Positions 23,716-37,750 of a stretch of 64,000 nucleotides of DNA are shown piece after piece. The notes below the pieces were generated by a model. It ran no database searches and was not told where the DNA came from. It worked only from the letters and a program-made list of their open reading frames with translations. How positions within the stretch are numbered: position 1 is the stretch's first letter; each line of letters begins with the position of its first letter. Origin of the DNA: Azolla caroliniana (taxonomy: Eukaryota; Plantae; Polypodiophyta). A program made the position numbers and the translations under genes. The stretch is taken from positions 12,896,001-12,960,000 of the forward strand of contig JBHGNT010000016.1 in the NCBI GenBank assembly GCA_043228905.1, read 5' to 3'.

Positions 23716-26700
23716 TCGTGTCACAACGACATGGGGTTGGTAAACCGGTCTGTAAACCAGTGCAAAATCGGACTTCTGCTAATGGAGGAGTGTTGCCTCA
23801 TGAATTGTATTCCAAGAAGAACCCGAACTTGGCGCAATTGAGGGTTTTCGGTAGCATCGCGTATGTGCATGTGCCGAAGGAGAAACGGAGGAAGTTGGAT
23901 GCCAAAGCCGAGAAGTGTATCTTGGGTTGCTACTCGGAGGAACAGAATAGTTATAAGTGTTATAACCCCCGAACCAAACAAGCTCGCGTAGGTCGTCATT
24001 TGTTCGACGAGTCCGCATCGTGGTCAGCGAGGATAAAATGCTTCAGGACAAAGGAGACATTGGAGGTCCTGAAGAGAGTGTGATCTCATTCAGGCTAAGT
24101 GGGCCGAATAAGCGACTAAGTCGGCATGACCAATCATGCGCATAGTCGTTGAGTAGTGGTGACTCGGCGATGCATTCCCCACACAAGAAGCTAACGAGAC
24201 GACGTTGAACGAGCAAGCTCAACCAGATCCAGATCGGCTCACTAAGCCAGAGCGAGACCGGTATCCAGAATGGAGAATCGGATCGGCATCCAGAAGGACA
24301 AGTCGGATCGGGGAGCCGGATTCGAGTGCGAACCGTAAGCCAAGTAGTAGCCTAGACTACTAGGTAATCATTGTCTCGTAGTTAGTGTGAGTCGCTCGTA
24401 TGATCATTGAAGTACATAGTAGTTCTGTTAGTCCTTTTGAGGACTTGTATCAGAGTGCGAGGGTTGAGAACCTCTGCAGTCGACAGACGATTTTGAAGAC
24501 TAGTGTAATAACAATTAAACACAAACTCGAACAAAAAACGTGTAGTGTGTAAGACTAGTGTAATAACCAAGTACATTATTTGGTCCTAATTGTGAAAACT
24601 AATTTCATGGATTCAAATGAATTTGTTACTTTGATTGATGCGATGTCACAACTACATGGGGTGGGTAAACCGGTCCGTAAACCAGTGCGTAGGTTGGGTG
24701 CGTAAACTGGTTATGCAACGAGAGGCCATAGCAGTGTGTAAACCGGGTGGTCGTCGGAAACATATTCCGCAAAGGAATATATTTAGGGAGTTAGTGTAGG
24801 GTCCTATTGATGAGCATTGAAGTATGTGTCAATACTTTTGTCAGTCCATATGAACTTGTATAAAAGTCCTCTCTCACCACATCCTATGTACAAAGTGTTA
24901 TTTTCTTGGAATAGAACAGTTGTTTGCTCTCTCAGTGTCTCTTCCTCTTCTTCTTCTCTCTGTGTTTTCTATGTTTCACCAAACTATCATATTTCCGAAC
25001 TTTGTACTCTGTGTGTTTTACTTACACCCTTCCATGGAACAGACGTCAAGCAGAGTTCTTTACTGCTTTGCATCTTGTGTGAGCGTTCAACTTCTGAGCT
25101 ACGCTGTCATTTTTTGACTTACAGTCGACGCTCCTAGTAGAGGAGAACCACGCGGGTGCGTCAACCAGTATGCACGCCGACAACAAGATGTTGTACACGG
25201 AGGAAGATAGACCCTTGGTCATGGCGGGTGAGGCGAGTCGACGCACAATGGAGGCGGCCGATAGGAGCAAGATGGAAGGCATGGTCGTAATGCTAATAGT
25301 AGTTTCGGACCCTCCGGAAGCAGGGGGAGTTGAGACGCCGATGTCGTGAAGTATGAAAGCTTTACATTAAAAGTATACAAAAAGATAAATACGTAACTAA
25401 AATAAAATATATCTTGATATTGTTTTATAAAGCTAATATTAAAAACACACTATTATAATATTATGCATTATATGTAGAGGCAAATAAAACATATATATTA
25501 TGTTACATGGACAAGAGAGGACTTGAACCAATAACCCCCACATTATGACTTTGAAACCTTACCATTTATCATTTATTTGAAGTAATATTGGTTGAAATCC
25601 TAAAACATATAAATTTGTACTATATGTGCACCATATATTGTATTGCATGGGCGAGAGAAGACTTGAACCAACAACCTCCACATTATGAAGTAGCATTGCA
25701 CCATATATTGTATTACATGTTGTTTTATTTGAAGTAGCATTGCATACCCTAAACCATGCAATGTACAATATGTGCACCATATAGCCCACATGCAAGAGCC
25801 CTCATTCCATGTGTGACATATGGCCCACATGCAAAACCATCCCCTTCCTATAAAAGGAGAAGGGAGTGTAGTCACAAGGATATCAAGGAATCAATCAATC
25901 ATATTGAATAGAATTATTGTATGGAATTGAGCGAAATTATATTGTATGAGATATCATAATAGAGAAAGAGGGAGAGAAGGTAAAAGTCATATACAATCTT
26001 TAAAAGACAAGAGAAGAACTAGCTTGGCGGCGATGGTGCTCAACTCGCAATGAAAAGGCGGAGGTTCGAGTCTTATCCTTATCGAAAGGTAGAAGGGAAG
26101 ATTGTGGTCTATTATCAAGAAAGAGAAGAGTGACTACCTTGTGAGACAAAGTTCGACGGTTCAACGACGCTCGCAACCATTTTGTAACTCTTTCATGAAA
26201 TAATTATAAATTTCTTACATTCCCTCAATTATCATTTTACATCCTATCTTGTCATATCTTGTTGATCACTTTTTTTATATTTCCACTTTTTCATCTCTTC
26301 CGTCCAAAATCCCAGAGATTCCTTCCTCCCTTTCATGTTGTGTTCTGTCTAAACAATGCTACGCTTCTAGGTGAACAACGCCACAACACCGCCGGAAACC
26401 GGCAAGGGAAACCCGTCGCAGAATGTTGGTATTGTGGCAAGAAAGGCCACACGGAGAGTGAGTGCTGGAAGAAATGTGTCGATTCGGAGAAAACCGCATC
26501 CGGATCCAGGAGGACTGAACAAAGAAATCGGCAGCGATCGCACTACGCTGAGGGGTCCGAATCAACCAAAAATGGATTAGGCCCAGTCTTCGTAATGAAG
26601 GACAAGGCCAATTCCATGGCGGTGAATAACTCAAAACCGAACGAGGTGTGGTATGTTGAATCCGGAGCGTCAAATCATATGACGTGTCACGAGGAATGGT

Positions 26701-28752
26701 TCTCGTACTTGGAGAAACCAGAAAAACAAGGAGTGGTCGAAACTGAAGACGACACGCTGCATACCATCGAACATATCGGAGAAGTTCCCTTCAGCCACGT
26801 TGGCCAGAAAGGGAAACTCATGAACGTGCAACATGTCCTGACAATAACCACGAACCTGGTGTCGGTCGGACAGGTTGTCGACCAGGGGATGCAAGTTCCA
26901 TTCACACATATTGGTTGCTACAATGAAGAAGAAGGCAAGATAATCACGCAAGGACATTGTGAAGCGAGGATGTTTATCCTTGAAACTAACAATGTAGGCA
27001 TCGTTATGTTCGCAATGGGGCAAAAGGTCCAATCGGATATCGGCTTGTGGCACAAGTGGCTCGGCCACGTAAATTTCCCCAAGCTTCGGGAAATGCAGAC
27101 GAAGAACATCGTTTTCGGCTTGCCAAAAATCAGTAGTCGAAAGGGCCAAGTCTGCGAACCCTGCTAGTTTGGAAAGCATCACTGACTTTTTCATTCCCTA
27201 ATGAGCATAACCGGAGTGAAAATCCGCTCGATGTGATCCTTTGGATGTGTTTGGACCGACACAGAACATGAGTCTCGGTGGAAGTCGATATTTCGTGACT
27301 TTGATCGGTGACTTCTCTTGGCACACTTGGGCGTGCTTGATCGCGAAAAAGAGCGAAGTCTTCACGTGTTTCTTGAAGCTAAAGAGCCTTGCGGAAAGGG
27401 AAATCAGATGAAACATCAAGTGCCTAAGGTCCGATGGTGGCAAGGAGTACTTCTCCGACCAGTTCTCGAATTATCTACACGATGAAGGAATTCGGCGTGA
27501 ATTCTCCTGCAGATACACGCCGCTGCAGAATGGCGTGGCCGAATGGAGAAAACAAACGATTGAAGAGGTGGCGAAGGCGATGCTCGAAGACAAGCATATG
27601 CCAAAATTTTATTGGGTTGAAGCCATAAGGACAATTGTTTACCTATAGAACCAGACTTTTGCTAATGGAGGAGTGTTGCCACATGAATTGTACTCCAAGA
27701 AGAAGCCAAACTTGGCACACTTGAGGGTTTTCGGTAGCATCGCGTATGTGCATGTGCCAAAGGAGAAACGAAGGAAGTTGGATGCCAAAGCCGAGAAGTG
27801 TATCTTGGGTTGCTACTCGGAGGAACAGAACGGTTATAAGTGTTATAACCCCTGAACCAAACAAGCTCGCGTAAGTCGTCATGTGTTCGACGAGTCCGCA
27901 TCGTGGTCAGCGAGGATAAAATGCTTCAGGACAAAGGAGACATTGGAGGTCCTGAAGAGAGTGTGATCTCATTCAGGCTAAGTGGGCCGAATAAGCGACT
28001 AAGTCGGCATGACCAATCATGCGCATAGTCGTTGAGTAGTGGTGACTCGGCGATGCATTCCCCACACAAGAAGCTAACGAGACGGCGTTGAACGAGCAAG
28101 CTCAACCAAATCCAGATCGACTCACTAAGCCAGAGCGAGACCGGTATCCGGAATGGAGAATCGGATCGGCATCCAGAAGGACAAGTCGGATCGGGGAGCC
28201 GGAATCGAGTGCGAACCGTAAGCCAAGTAGTAGCCTAGACTACTAGGTAATCATTGTCTCGTAGTTAGTGTGAGTCGCTCGTATGAGCATTGAAGTACAT
28301 AGTAGTTCTGTTAGTCCTTTTGAGGACTTGTATCAGAGTGAGAGGGTTTAGAACCTCTACAATCGAAAGACGATTTTGAAGACAAACTGTAATACCCGGT
28401 AAGGACAGACAGAGAATCATATGCACAGAGGTATGATGAGTTCACTTCCCAAAGAGAAGCCCGACCGGAGCAACTATGCGTCCTGGTCATATAAAATGCA
28501 CCTGTACCTGCTGGGGCGTGGATATTGGAGCTACGTGGGAGTTGCTTTTGGTTTGCCGAAATTTAGCGGTCAGAAGGACGAAATTTGTGAAGCCAGCCAA
28601 CTCAGGAAGCAACACCAGCATCCATTCCCCATCGAACGAAAGCGAAGCCATAACAGGCTCGACTTAATCCATTCGGATGTATGGGGACCGTCACAAAACG
28701 TTAGTCTTGGTGAGCGTCGGTATTTCATCTCCTTCATCGACGACTACAACCG
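23716..28752 (+). mobile_element. Mosaic of rearranged Ty1/copia fragments (integrase, LTR/PBS pieces, gag-protease-integrase)
   Basis: [30 protein letters not shown] (two copies), ECWYCGKKGHTESECW, WYVESGASNHMT and PBS-like TTGTATCAGAG at ~24445 and ~28328; a short array piece lies at ~24500-24660. Confidence 0.8.
25342..26388. mobile_element. Solo LTR (~1.05 kb) inserted in copia gag
   Basis: TGTCGTG...CACAACA termini; removal restores GACGCCGCCGGAAACC (compare ~43604); imperfect short TSD CCGA/CCGC; TATAAAAG at ~25849. Confidence 0.7.
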
Positions 28753-28901
28753 GCATTTAGGTGAAACAAGTCTCTAGAAAGAAATAACACTAATTGACAC
28801 AGTTGAACCGGCTTCAGGTACGTGCATCAGTTGAACTAAATATATTGTAGTTCTATAGTGATAGAGACCCATTTTCTACTCATTCTATCTAACATTTTTG
28901 T

Positions 28902-28975
28902 TGTCCAAACCGGGATCCGAAGAGAAGACCTCTAGTGTGGAAGACTAGCGCGATAAATACCTACATTATCTGGAC
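28902..28975 (-). pseudogene. tRNA-Val-backbone pseudogene with TCC (Gly) anticodon
   Basis: Anticodon arm CTAGT-CT-TCC-AC-ACTAG on the Val body; T-arm and D-arm damaged. Confidence 0.65.
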
Positions 28976-30241
28976 CTAATTCTGAAGGTCAATTTCATGG
29001 ATTTAGATGAATTGGATACTTCACTGAAGCGATGTCAAAACTACATGGGTATTACGAGTTTCAATGCGTTGCATATGGTAGTGGGATATCTCAAACAATT
29101 ATATAGAAAGAAACATATAACCCTAATTTCCACAACAAATGAACACGTCGATTTTCATGGCTTAGGGTACATGCATGAGAATCACTTAGTTTCACTAAAT
29201 ATATTCATATATACCAATTCCTTTACTTGTTCTATGTAAACATTTTTTGTTCTCCAAAGACGGACTCGAAATGAAGACATGAGTTTGTTAATTAGACCAA
29301 GTGATTCGCATGTCCATAAATAAAAGACTAATCTCAATAGATATTCCATATGTCAATTAGAAAAAAATAAGTTAAAATATTATTGTTACTGTAATCGACA
29401 AGATTATGTGTGCAAACCCGATTTCGAACTGCATACCTCTAGTGTGTGAAACTAGTGTGATAACCAACCACACCATCTAGACCCATTCATCATTTTAATT
29501 TAATAGTTTTACAATAATTTATTAATTAGACCAAGAGATCGGCATGTCATACTGACATTAACATAACGACTTTGTAAGTTTGCCAAGTGGTAATAAGATT
29601 TATCTTATAGAAGTCATTCTGACTACATACCATTTAGATTGAAAAAGATAGCACGAATGGAAGTAAGAAATAAAGAATTCTTTTGGCTTTGCTTAATATA
29701 TGTGCAAGATATGTAGTTATTTTATCTTAATACTTCACTATATCGACATCATTACAATCACACAACTGTGCAAAGAACAATAGCTATGATTCTAATCAAC
29801 GACACCATCAAAACATATCCATGAGTTCTACTTGTCTATCTTAATTAATCTTGGTGCAATAACGAATAAACCAAAACTTGAACCGAAGACCTCTAGTGTG
29901 TCAGACTAGCATCATAACCAACTACAATATTTGGACCCAATTGTACAAACCGAAGACCTCTAGTGTGTCAGACTAGCATCATAACCAATTACACTATTTG
30001 GGGCCAATTGTAAAAACCAACGTGACGGATTCAAAAAAATTTGTTACTTTGATGGATTCGATGTCACAAGTACATGGCCATCACGAGTTTCAATGTAGGC
30101 CATGTGATACTAGCATTTAGCTCAAACATGTTAGAAACATATACCACTATTTGACGTACAAATATAGACGTTGATTTTCTTGGCTATATTGTATTTTTAT
30201 AGATACCAATTATTCTATTTATTCCATGTAGCATATTTTCT

Positions 30242-30315
30242 TGTCCAAACTCGGACTTGAACCGGAGACCCCTAGTGTGTTAGATTAGCGTGATAACAAA
30301 CTACACCATATGGAC
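30242..30315 (-). pseudogene. tRNA-Val(AAC)-like copy
   Basis: Full-length 74 nt with B-box GGTTCAAGTCC; mismatches in the anticodon stem and D-loop. Confidence 0.65.
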
Positions 30316-32795
30316 TTGGATCAATAAATAACTAAGTTGGATTCAAATGAATTTGTTAGTTTGACGGATGCGATGTCACAACTACATGGCTATCACAAGT
30401 TTCAATGTAGCCCAAGTTGTAGTGCCATTTAGCTCAAACATGTCAAAAACAGATAGCACTATTTGACACAAAAATAGACACATTGATTTTATTGGCTATA
30501 TTGTACTTTTAAGGTTGCCAATTATTCTTCTCGTTCTATGTAGCATCTTTTCTTGTCCAAACCTAGACTTGAACCGGAGACCTCTGCTATGTTAGACTAG
30601 CATGATAGCCAACTACATCAACAAACAAGCAAGACTACCAACAAACAAGGTGGACAACCAGGGTATGTTGAGCATGACTACCAACAAGAAATGTATTCTC
30701 TTCTACTACGGGAATTTGTGTGGTTATGGGGAGATTGACGATAGGGTCCCCGAGTATATCCCCTTTGGATGTGGTATAGTAAAGGTGTTATTGGCAAGAG
30801 ATTTGCTTTCATAGAGTATAATTATCTTTATCTCACCAAAGGCCACCACTTATATTTGGTCCTTTCTTTGATGATATAACTTGTAGACATGGAAAACTGG
30901 AAAAAAAAATCCAACTACACCAGCTCGACCGATTTGCCATTACTACTTTAATAGTTTGACATGTATTTGTTATTTAGACCAAGCGATTGGCATGTAACGC
31001 TGACATTGGCATAATGACTTTATAAGTTTTCCAAGTGGTAATAAAATTTACCTTATAGAAGTCTTTCTGACTACATACGATTTTAATTGGCAAAGATAGC
31101 ACGAATGTAAGCAATACATGAAGATTTGTTTTTGCTTCGCTTAATATATGTGCAGGAGTTGCATTTAGTTTAACTTAATATTGGACTATATCAATATCAT
31201 TACAATCAGGCAACCATGTAAAGAACAATAGTTATAATTTTAGTCAGTCTAAATAGCATTTCGCTTGTCCAAATGTAGACTTTAACGGGAAACCTCTAAT
31301 ATTTTAGAGTAGCATGAAAACCAACTACACCATTTAAACATATCAACGATATCTATTTGTCTATCGTAATTAATCTTGGTGCAATAACGATTGAAGAATA
31401 CAGTGGTCTTAGAGGAATTTCAAGATATCATTTCTTCGTAAAAGAATAGTTCAAAGCATTCAAATAAACCTGGACTCAAACTGAAGACCTCCAATGTGGA
31501 AGCCTAGCGTTAAAACCAGCTAGACTATCTAGAAGAAATTGTGAATATCGCTCAATTTCATGTATTCTGATGAATTTGATACTCTCACTGAAACGATGTC
31601 ACAACTACATGGGCATCATGATTTTCAATGTATCCCATGTGGTAGTGGCATTTATGTGAAACAAGTCTCTAGAATGAAATAGCACTAATTGACACAATAA
31701 AAATGACGATTGTCTTGGCTTAAGGTACATGCATGAGTTCCACTAAGTATATTCTAGTTCTATAAAGATAGATACGAATTCTTCTACTCATTCTATGTAA
31801 CATTTTTTGTTGTCCAAACACGATGTCGAACTGAAGACCTCTCGTGTGTAAGACTAGCGTGATAACCAACTACACTATTCATGGATTCAAATGAATTTGT
31901 TACTTTGACGGATGCAATGTCACAACTACATGGCCATCACGAGTTTCAATGTAGCCCATGGGGTACTGGCATTTAGCTCAAACATGTCAGAAACAGATAG
32001 CACTATTTGACCCACAAATGCCAAACATGTCATAAACAGATAACACTATTTGACGCACAAATATAGACATTGATTTTCTCGGTTATATTGTATTTTTCTA
32101 AACACAAAAGATACCAAGTAATCTACTCAGTCTATGTACCATTTGTTTTTGTCAAAACGAGGACTTGAACCGGACACCTCTAGTGTTTTAGACTAGAAGG
32201 ATAAGCAACTACACCATTTGGAGATATTGAGAACAATTAGCTTCAGTCGACGAATAAAAGACTAAGCTCAATGGAAATTCCATATGCCAATTCGAAAAGG
32301 ATAAGTAAAAACATTATTGTTGTTGTAATCGACAAAATTATGTGTCTAAACCCGGTTTCGAACCGGAGACGTATAGTGTGTGAGACTAGCGTGATAACCA
32401 ACTCCACCAACTTGACCCATTCATCATTGCTAATTTAATAGTTTCACATGAATTTGTTAATTAGACCAAGCGGTCCGCATGTCATATTGACATTGACATA
32501 ATGACTTTGTAAGTTTGCCAAGTGGTAGGAAGATTTACCTTATAGAAGTCTTTCTGACTGCATATCATAATACAACACAAATGGAAGCAAGAAATGAAGA
32601 ATTCTTTTTGCTTTGCATAATATATGTATGTGCAGGACTTGCAGTTAGTTTAACTTAATACTTGACTATATCGACACCATTACAATCAGCCAACCGTGCA
32701 AAAAACAATTTCTATGATTTTAGTCAGTCTAAATAGCACTTCTCTTGTCCAAACGTAGACTATAACCAGAGATCTCTAATGTCTTAGAGTAGCAT

Positions 32796-33070
32796 CATCG
32801 GGTGGGTTTGAAGGGAAAGGCGTATCTTTAGGTAGTGACGGATTTCATATAGGAAATTTAAATATTGTATGTTACATCAATATGGCGTTTCACAAATATG
32901 TATAAAAATAAGGTGTTAGTCATTTTTTAAATTTTGTATGCTTTCTTCAAAATTTCACATGTCCATTATTGAGACATTTTTTGAAAGCCGTAAAATTTTT
33001 GGATGTTGAAAGGGGAAGCATATTTGTTGAGTTGACAGTATAATGTTGAGTTGACAATATTTGTCCAAAG
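32796..33070 (+). mobile_element. Truncated DNA-transposon end, homologous to 59913-60120
   Basis: CATCGGGTGGGTTTGAAGGGAAAGGC... matches the start of the MULE-containing segment and sits at the same array position. Confidence 0.55.
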
Positions 33071-33297
33071 ACAAATACCAATTATTCTAAGTGGCATCTT
33101 TTCTTGTCCAAACCCGGACTTGAACCGGAGACCTTTGGTGTGTTAAACTAGCATGATAACCAACTACACTATCTAGACATATTCAGAATAAGTAGATTGG
33201 ATCGATGAATTAAAGACTAATCTCAATGGAAATTCCATATGCTAATTCGAAAAGAGTAAGTTAAAATATTATTGTTGTTGTGATCGACAGGATTATG

Positions 33298-33371
33298 TGT
33301 CCAAACCCGGAGTGGAACCGGAGAACTCTAGTGTGTGAGACTAGCGTGATAACGAACTCCACTATCTGGAC
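33298..33371 (-). pseudogene. tRNA-Val(CAC)-like copy
   Basis: Intact acceptor stem GTCCAGA/TTTGGAC and anticodon arm CTAGT-CT-CAC-AC-ACTAG; T-loop and A-box mutated. Confidence 0.65.
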
Positions 33372-34213
33372 AGATTTGCCATTACTAATTTAATAGTTTG
33401 ACATGTATTTGTTAGTTAGACCAAGCGATTGCCATGTAACACTAACATTGCCATAACGACTTTGTAAGTTTTCCAAGTGGGAGTAAGATTTACCATATAG
33501 AAGTCTTTCTGATTACATACGATTTAAATTGAAAAAGATAGCATGAATGTAAGCAAGAAATGAAGAATTCTTTTTTCTTTGCTTAATATATGTGTAGGAG
33601 TTGCAGTTACTTTCATTTAATACGAGATTGTATTGACATCATTACAATCAGGCAACCATGCAAAGAACAATAGCTATGATTTTAGTCAGTCTAAATAGCA
33701 CTTTTCTTGTCCAAAAGTAGATTGTACCCGTAGACCTCTAATGTGTTATAATAGCATGAAAACCAACTACACCATCTAAACATATCAACAATGTCTACTT
33801 ATCTATCTTAATTAATATTGGTGCAATAACTATTGAGGAATAGAGTATTCTTCGATGAATTTCAAGATATTATTTATTCGTATAGGAATAGTTCAAAACA
33901 TGCAAATAAACCCAGACTCAAACTGAAGACCTCTACTATGGAAGTCTAGTGTGATAACAAATTAGACTATCTAGATGCAATTGTGAATATCGCTCAATTT
34001 CATACATTCTGATGAATTTGATAATTTCATTGAAACTATGTCACAACTACATGGGCATCATGAGTTTCAATGTATCCGATGTGGTTGTGGCCTTTAGGTG
34101 AAACAAGTCTCCCGAAACAAATAGCACTTACATGCATCAATTTCACTTAATATATTCTAGTTCTATAGTGACAGAGACCAATTCTTCAAGTAATTCTATG
34201 TAACATTTTTTGT

Positions 34214-34287
34214 TGTCCAAACCCAGACTCGACCCGTGGATCTCTAGTGTGTAAGACTAGCGCGATAACAAACTACATTATCTTGAC
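34214..34287 (-). pseudogene. tRNA-Val(TAC)-like copy
   Basis: Anticodon arm CTAGT-CT-TAC-AC-ACTAG; T-stem and A-box degraded. Confidence 0.6.
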
Positions 34288-35315
34288 TTAATTCTGAAGA
34301 TCAATTTCATGGATTTAGATGATTTGGATACTTTCACTGAACCGATGTCAAAACTACAGGGCTATTACGAGTTTCAATGTATCCCATGTGGTAGTGGCAT
34401 TTAGCTCAAACAAGTCTCTACAAAGAAACAGATAGCCCTAATTGACACAAGAAATGCACACGTGGATTTTTTTTGGCTTAATGTACATGCATGAGATCCA
34501 CTTAGTTCCATTAAATATATTCAGATATACTAATTCTTCTACTCATTCTATGTAACATTTTTTGTTGTCCATACACGGAGTTGATCTGGAGACCTCTAGT
34601 ATGTAAGACTAGCGTCAAAACCAACTACACTATTTGGACCCAATTGTAAAAACCAATTTCATGGATTCAAATGAATTTGGTACTTTGACAAATGCGATGT
34701 CACAACTACAAGGCCATCACGAATTTCAATGTAGCCCATATGGTAGTGGCATTTGGCACAAACATGTCAGAAACATATAGAACTATTTGACGCAAAAATG
34801 TAGACGTTGATTTCCTTTGCTATATTGTATTTTTTACGGATAGCAATTATTCTATTGATTCTATGTAGCATCTTTTCTTGTGTAGTCCCGGACTTAAACC
34901 GGAGACCTCTAGTGTGTTAGCGTGATAACCAACTACACCATCTACACACATTGAGAATAACTAGCTTCGATCGATAAATAATAGACTAATCTGAATAGAA
35001 ATTCCATATGTCAATTCACAAAGAATAAGGTTAAATATTATTGTTATTGTAATCGATAAGATTATGTGTGCAAAGCCAGTTTCGATCTGTAGACCTCTAG
35101 TGTCTAAGACGAGCGTGTTAACCAACCACACCATATAGACCCATTCATCATTATTAATTTAATAGTTTCACATGAATTTGTTAATTAGACCAAGTGATCA
35201 GTATATCATACTGACATTGACATAACCAATTTGTAAGTTTGCCAAGTGGTAGTAAGATTTACCTTATAGAAGTTTTTCTGACTACATACCATTTAGATTG
35301 AAAAAGATAGCACAA

Positions 35316-37750
35316 AGTTTTTCTGACACCAATCTGTAGCACAAGCGGATCGGCCACGTTCACTACCGAAGGTTTCAGGACGTGCAATCGAAACAAGTTG
35401 TTTTTGGTTTGTCGAAATTTAGTGACCGGAAGGCCGAAATTTGTGAAGCTAGCCAACCCAGGAAGCAACATCGGCTTCCATTCCCCACCGAACGAAACCA
35501 GAGCCATAACAAGCTCGACTTAATCCATTCGGATGTATGGGGACCAGCAAAAAACGTTAGTCTTGGCGGGAGTCGGTATTTCGTCTCCTTCATCGACAAC
35601 TACAATCGGCACACGTGGATCTACCTCATCGAGAAGAAAAGCGAAGAAAAGCGAAACCTTCAAAGTTTCGTCGGAAGTGAAACAGAGAGGAAGATCAAGT
35701 GCCTGCAGTCGGATGGCAGAGAAGAACACTTTTCTGGCCAATTCATCAATTATCTACAACAGAACGAAATTCGGAGAGAATTCATTTGCCGATACACAAC
35801 GGAGAAAAACAGTGTGGCCAAAAGGAAGAAGCAGTCTATTGTCGATGGGGTAAGGGCAATGCTGGAGGAGAATAGCATGCCCCAATTCTACTGGGCTAAG
35901 GTGGTCCGGACGGCCATCTAAATCCAAAACCAGATCGCAGACAAGGTGGCAGCACATGAGCTGTATTTCGAGTAGAAGTCGAATTTGAGGCACCTTCGGA
36001 TATTCGGCAACATAACATATGTGCATGTACCGGATGAGAAGCGGAAGAAGCTAGATCCGAAGCCGGAGAAGTGCATCCTAGTCAGTTACTCGCATAAGCA
36101 AAAGGGGAATAAGTGTTATAATCCCTAGGCTAAATAGGTACGAGTAAGTCGAGATGTCGAGTTTGATGAGTCCGCATCATGGTACACCCTATCGACTCCA
36201 ACTCCCGTGGAAGACTCGATTCCGGAAAATGAGGCTACTGAGCTCGAGGAGCCCCAGGCAGAAGATGAAGACTTCAGCACTGCAGACGAGAGTTTGATCT
36301 CATTCCAACTAAGTGGGCCGAATGAGCTGCTGAGTCGGGATGACCAGTAGGATGAAGAACCGGCGAGTACTGGACACTCTGTCGTGCTCTCCCTACGCAA
36401 GGAACCAAGGAGACAGTTCATGCGCAAAGAGAAGGGGAAGAAAAACATGCCGGAATATGAAATCGGCAACGTTTAGTCGAATCAGAGCGAATCCAACTCC
36501 AGAAAGGATCAAGGCGGATCTTCGGGAACGAAGTCCGAACCGGCCAAAAAGGGCCCCAAACCGGGTAACGAAAAGTTACGCCGATCTTCCCATCAGAAGA
36601 ACCCCGTTACGTGGTACGGGTACAATGAGTACATGGCACATTACTATGCATCCATGACCAAAGTGTGCCGGAGAGCTACGGAGAAGCGGCAAAGGATGCA
36701 AATTGGCATGCCGCTATGTACAAAGGAATGCGGGCACTCGAAGACAACAACACATGGGATCTCATTGACCCTCCCCAACACTGTAAACCGATCGGTTGAA
36801 AATGGGTGTACAAGGTAAAGTACAATGTCGACGGTTCAATTAACCGGTACAAGGCCTGGTTAGTGTCGAAGGGATACAAACAGACCCACGGAATGGACTA
36901 TGACGAGACCTTCACTTTGGTAGCGAAGATGACAACAGTTCATGTGGTACTGGCGGTTGTTGCGACAAGGGGATGACATATTCACCAGATCAACGTGAAG
37001 AATGCATTTCTTCAAGGTGACCTTTAAGAATTGGTCTATATGATCCAACCTCCCGGTTTTCAGTCAGTGATGAACAAGTCGGCAGTGTGCCGGGTTAAGA
37101 AGTCGCTTTATAGTCTGAAACAAGCCCCCCGAGCTTGGAATGCGAAGATCACGCACCGGTTGCGTAAGATGGGGTTTGTGACTTCTAAATTCGACTCATC
37201 GTTGTTCATCTGGCACGGTCCGGACGGTTCGGTTTGCATCTTACTTTATGTAGATGATTTAGTCATCACCGGACCCAGACTCAATGAAATCGGCCTTGTC
37301 CAGGCTCAACTATCGGACGCATTTGAGATGAAGGACCTGGCGGACCTTCATTATTTCCATGTGATCGAGGTGATCTGAACCCTCGACGGATCAAGGTGCC
37401 GACCCCGATCCTGATCTACTGCAACAACATGAGCAGTATACAGCTCGCCCAGAACCCCATATTCCATGCTCGAACAAAGCACATAGAAGTGCATTATCAC
37501 TTCGTGCATGAGCGGTTCTTCAGCAGTGAATCGAACTTCAATATGTTCAGACGGATCGGTAAGTTGTCGACATCTTCACCAAACCGCTCGGATCAGACAA
37601 GTTGCAGCAGTTCACCGAAATGCTTGGAGTTCAGCATCTCGACGTGCCGCACTTGAGGGGGAGAACAAGAATGGGCAAAGGAATAGGAATGGGCAAAGGC
37701 ATTGGTGATGGCACTGGACAAGGAGCCGAAAAAGGGAGCCGAGTCGACCA
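35316..37750 (+). pseudogene. Degenerate Ty1/copia pol (integrase-RT-RNase H)
   Basis: [30 protein letters not shown] and HARTKHIEVHYHFV motifs; many stops. Confidence 0.88.

Larger units (their letters stand above)
28753..35315 (-). repeat. Largest tRNA-Val-derived array block, showing the ~1.77-kb higher-order repeat
   Basis: About 20 units; equivalent units recur at 33105 and ~34879, and at 33298 and ~35068, with six tRNA-like units per period. Confidence 0.85.
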
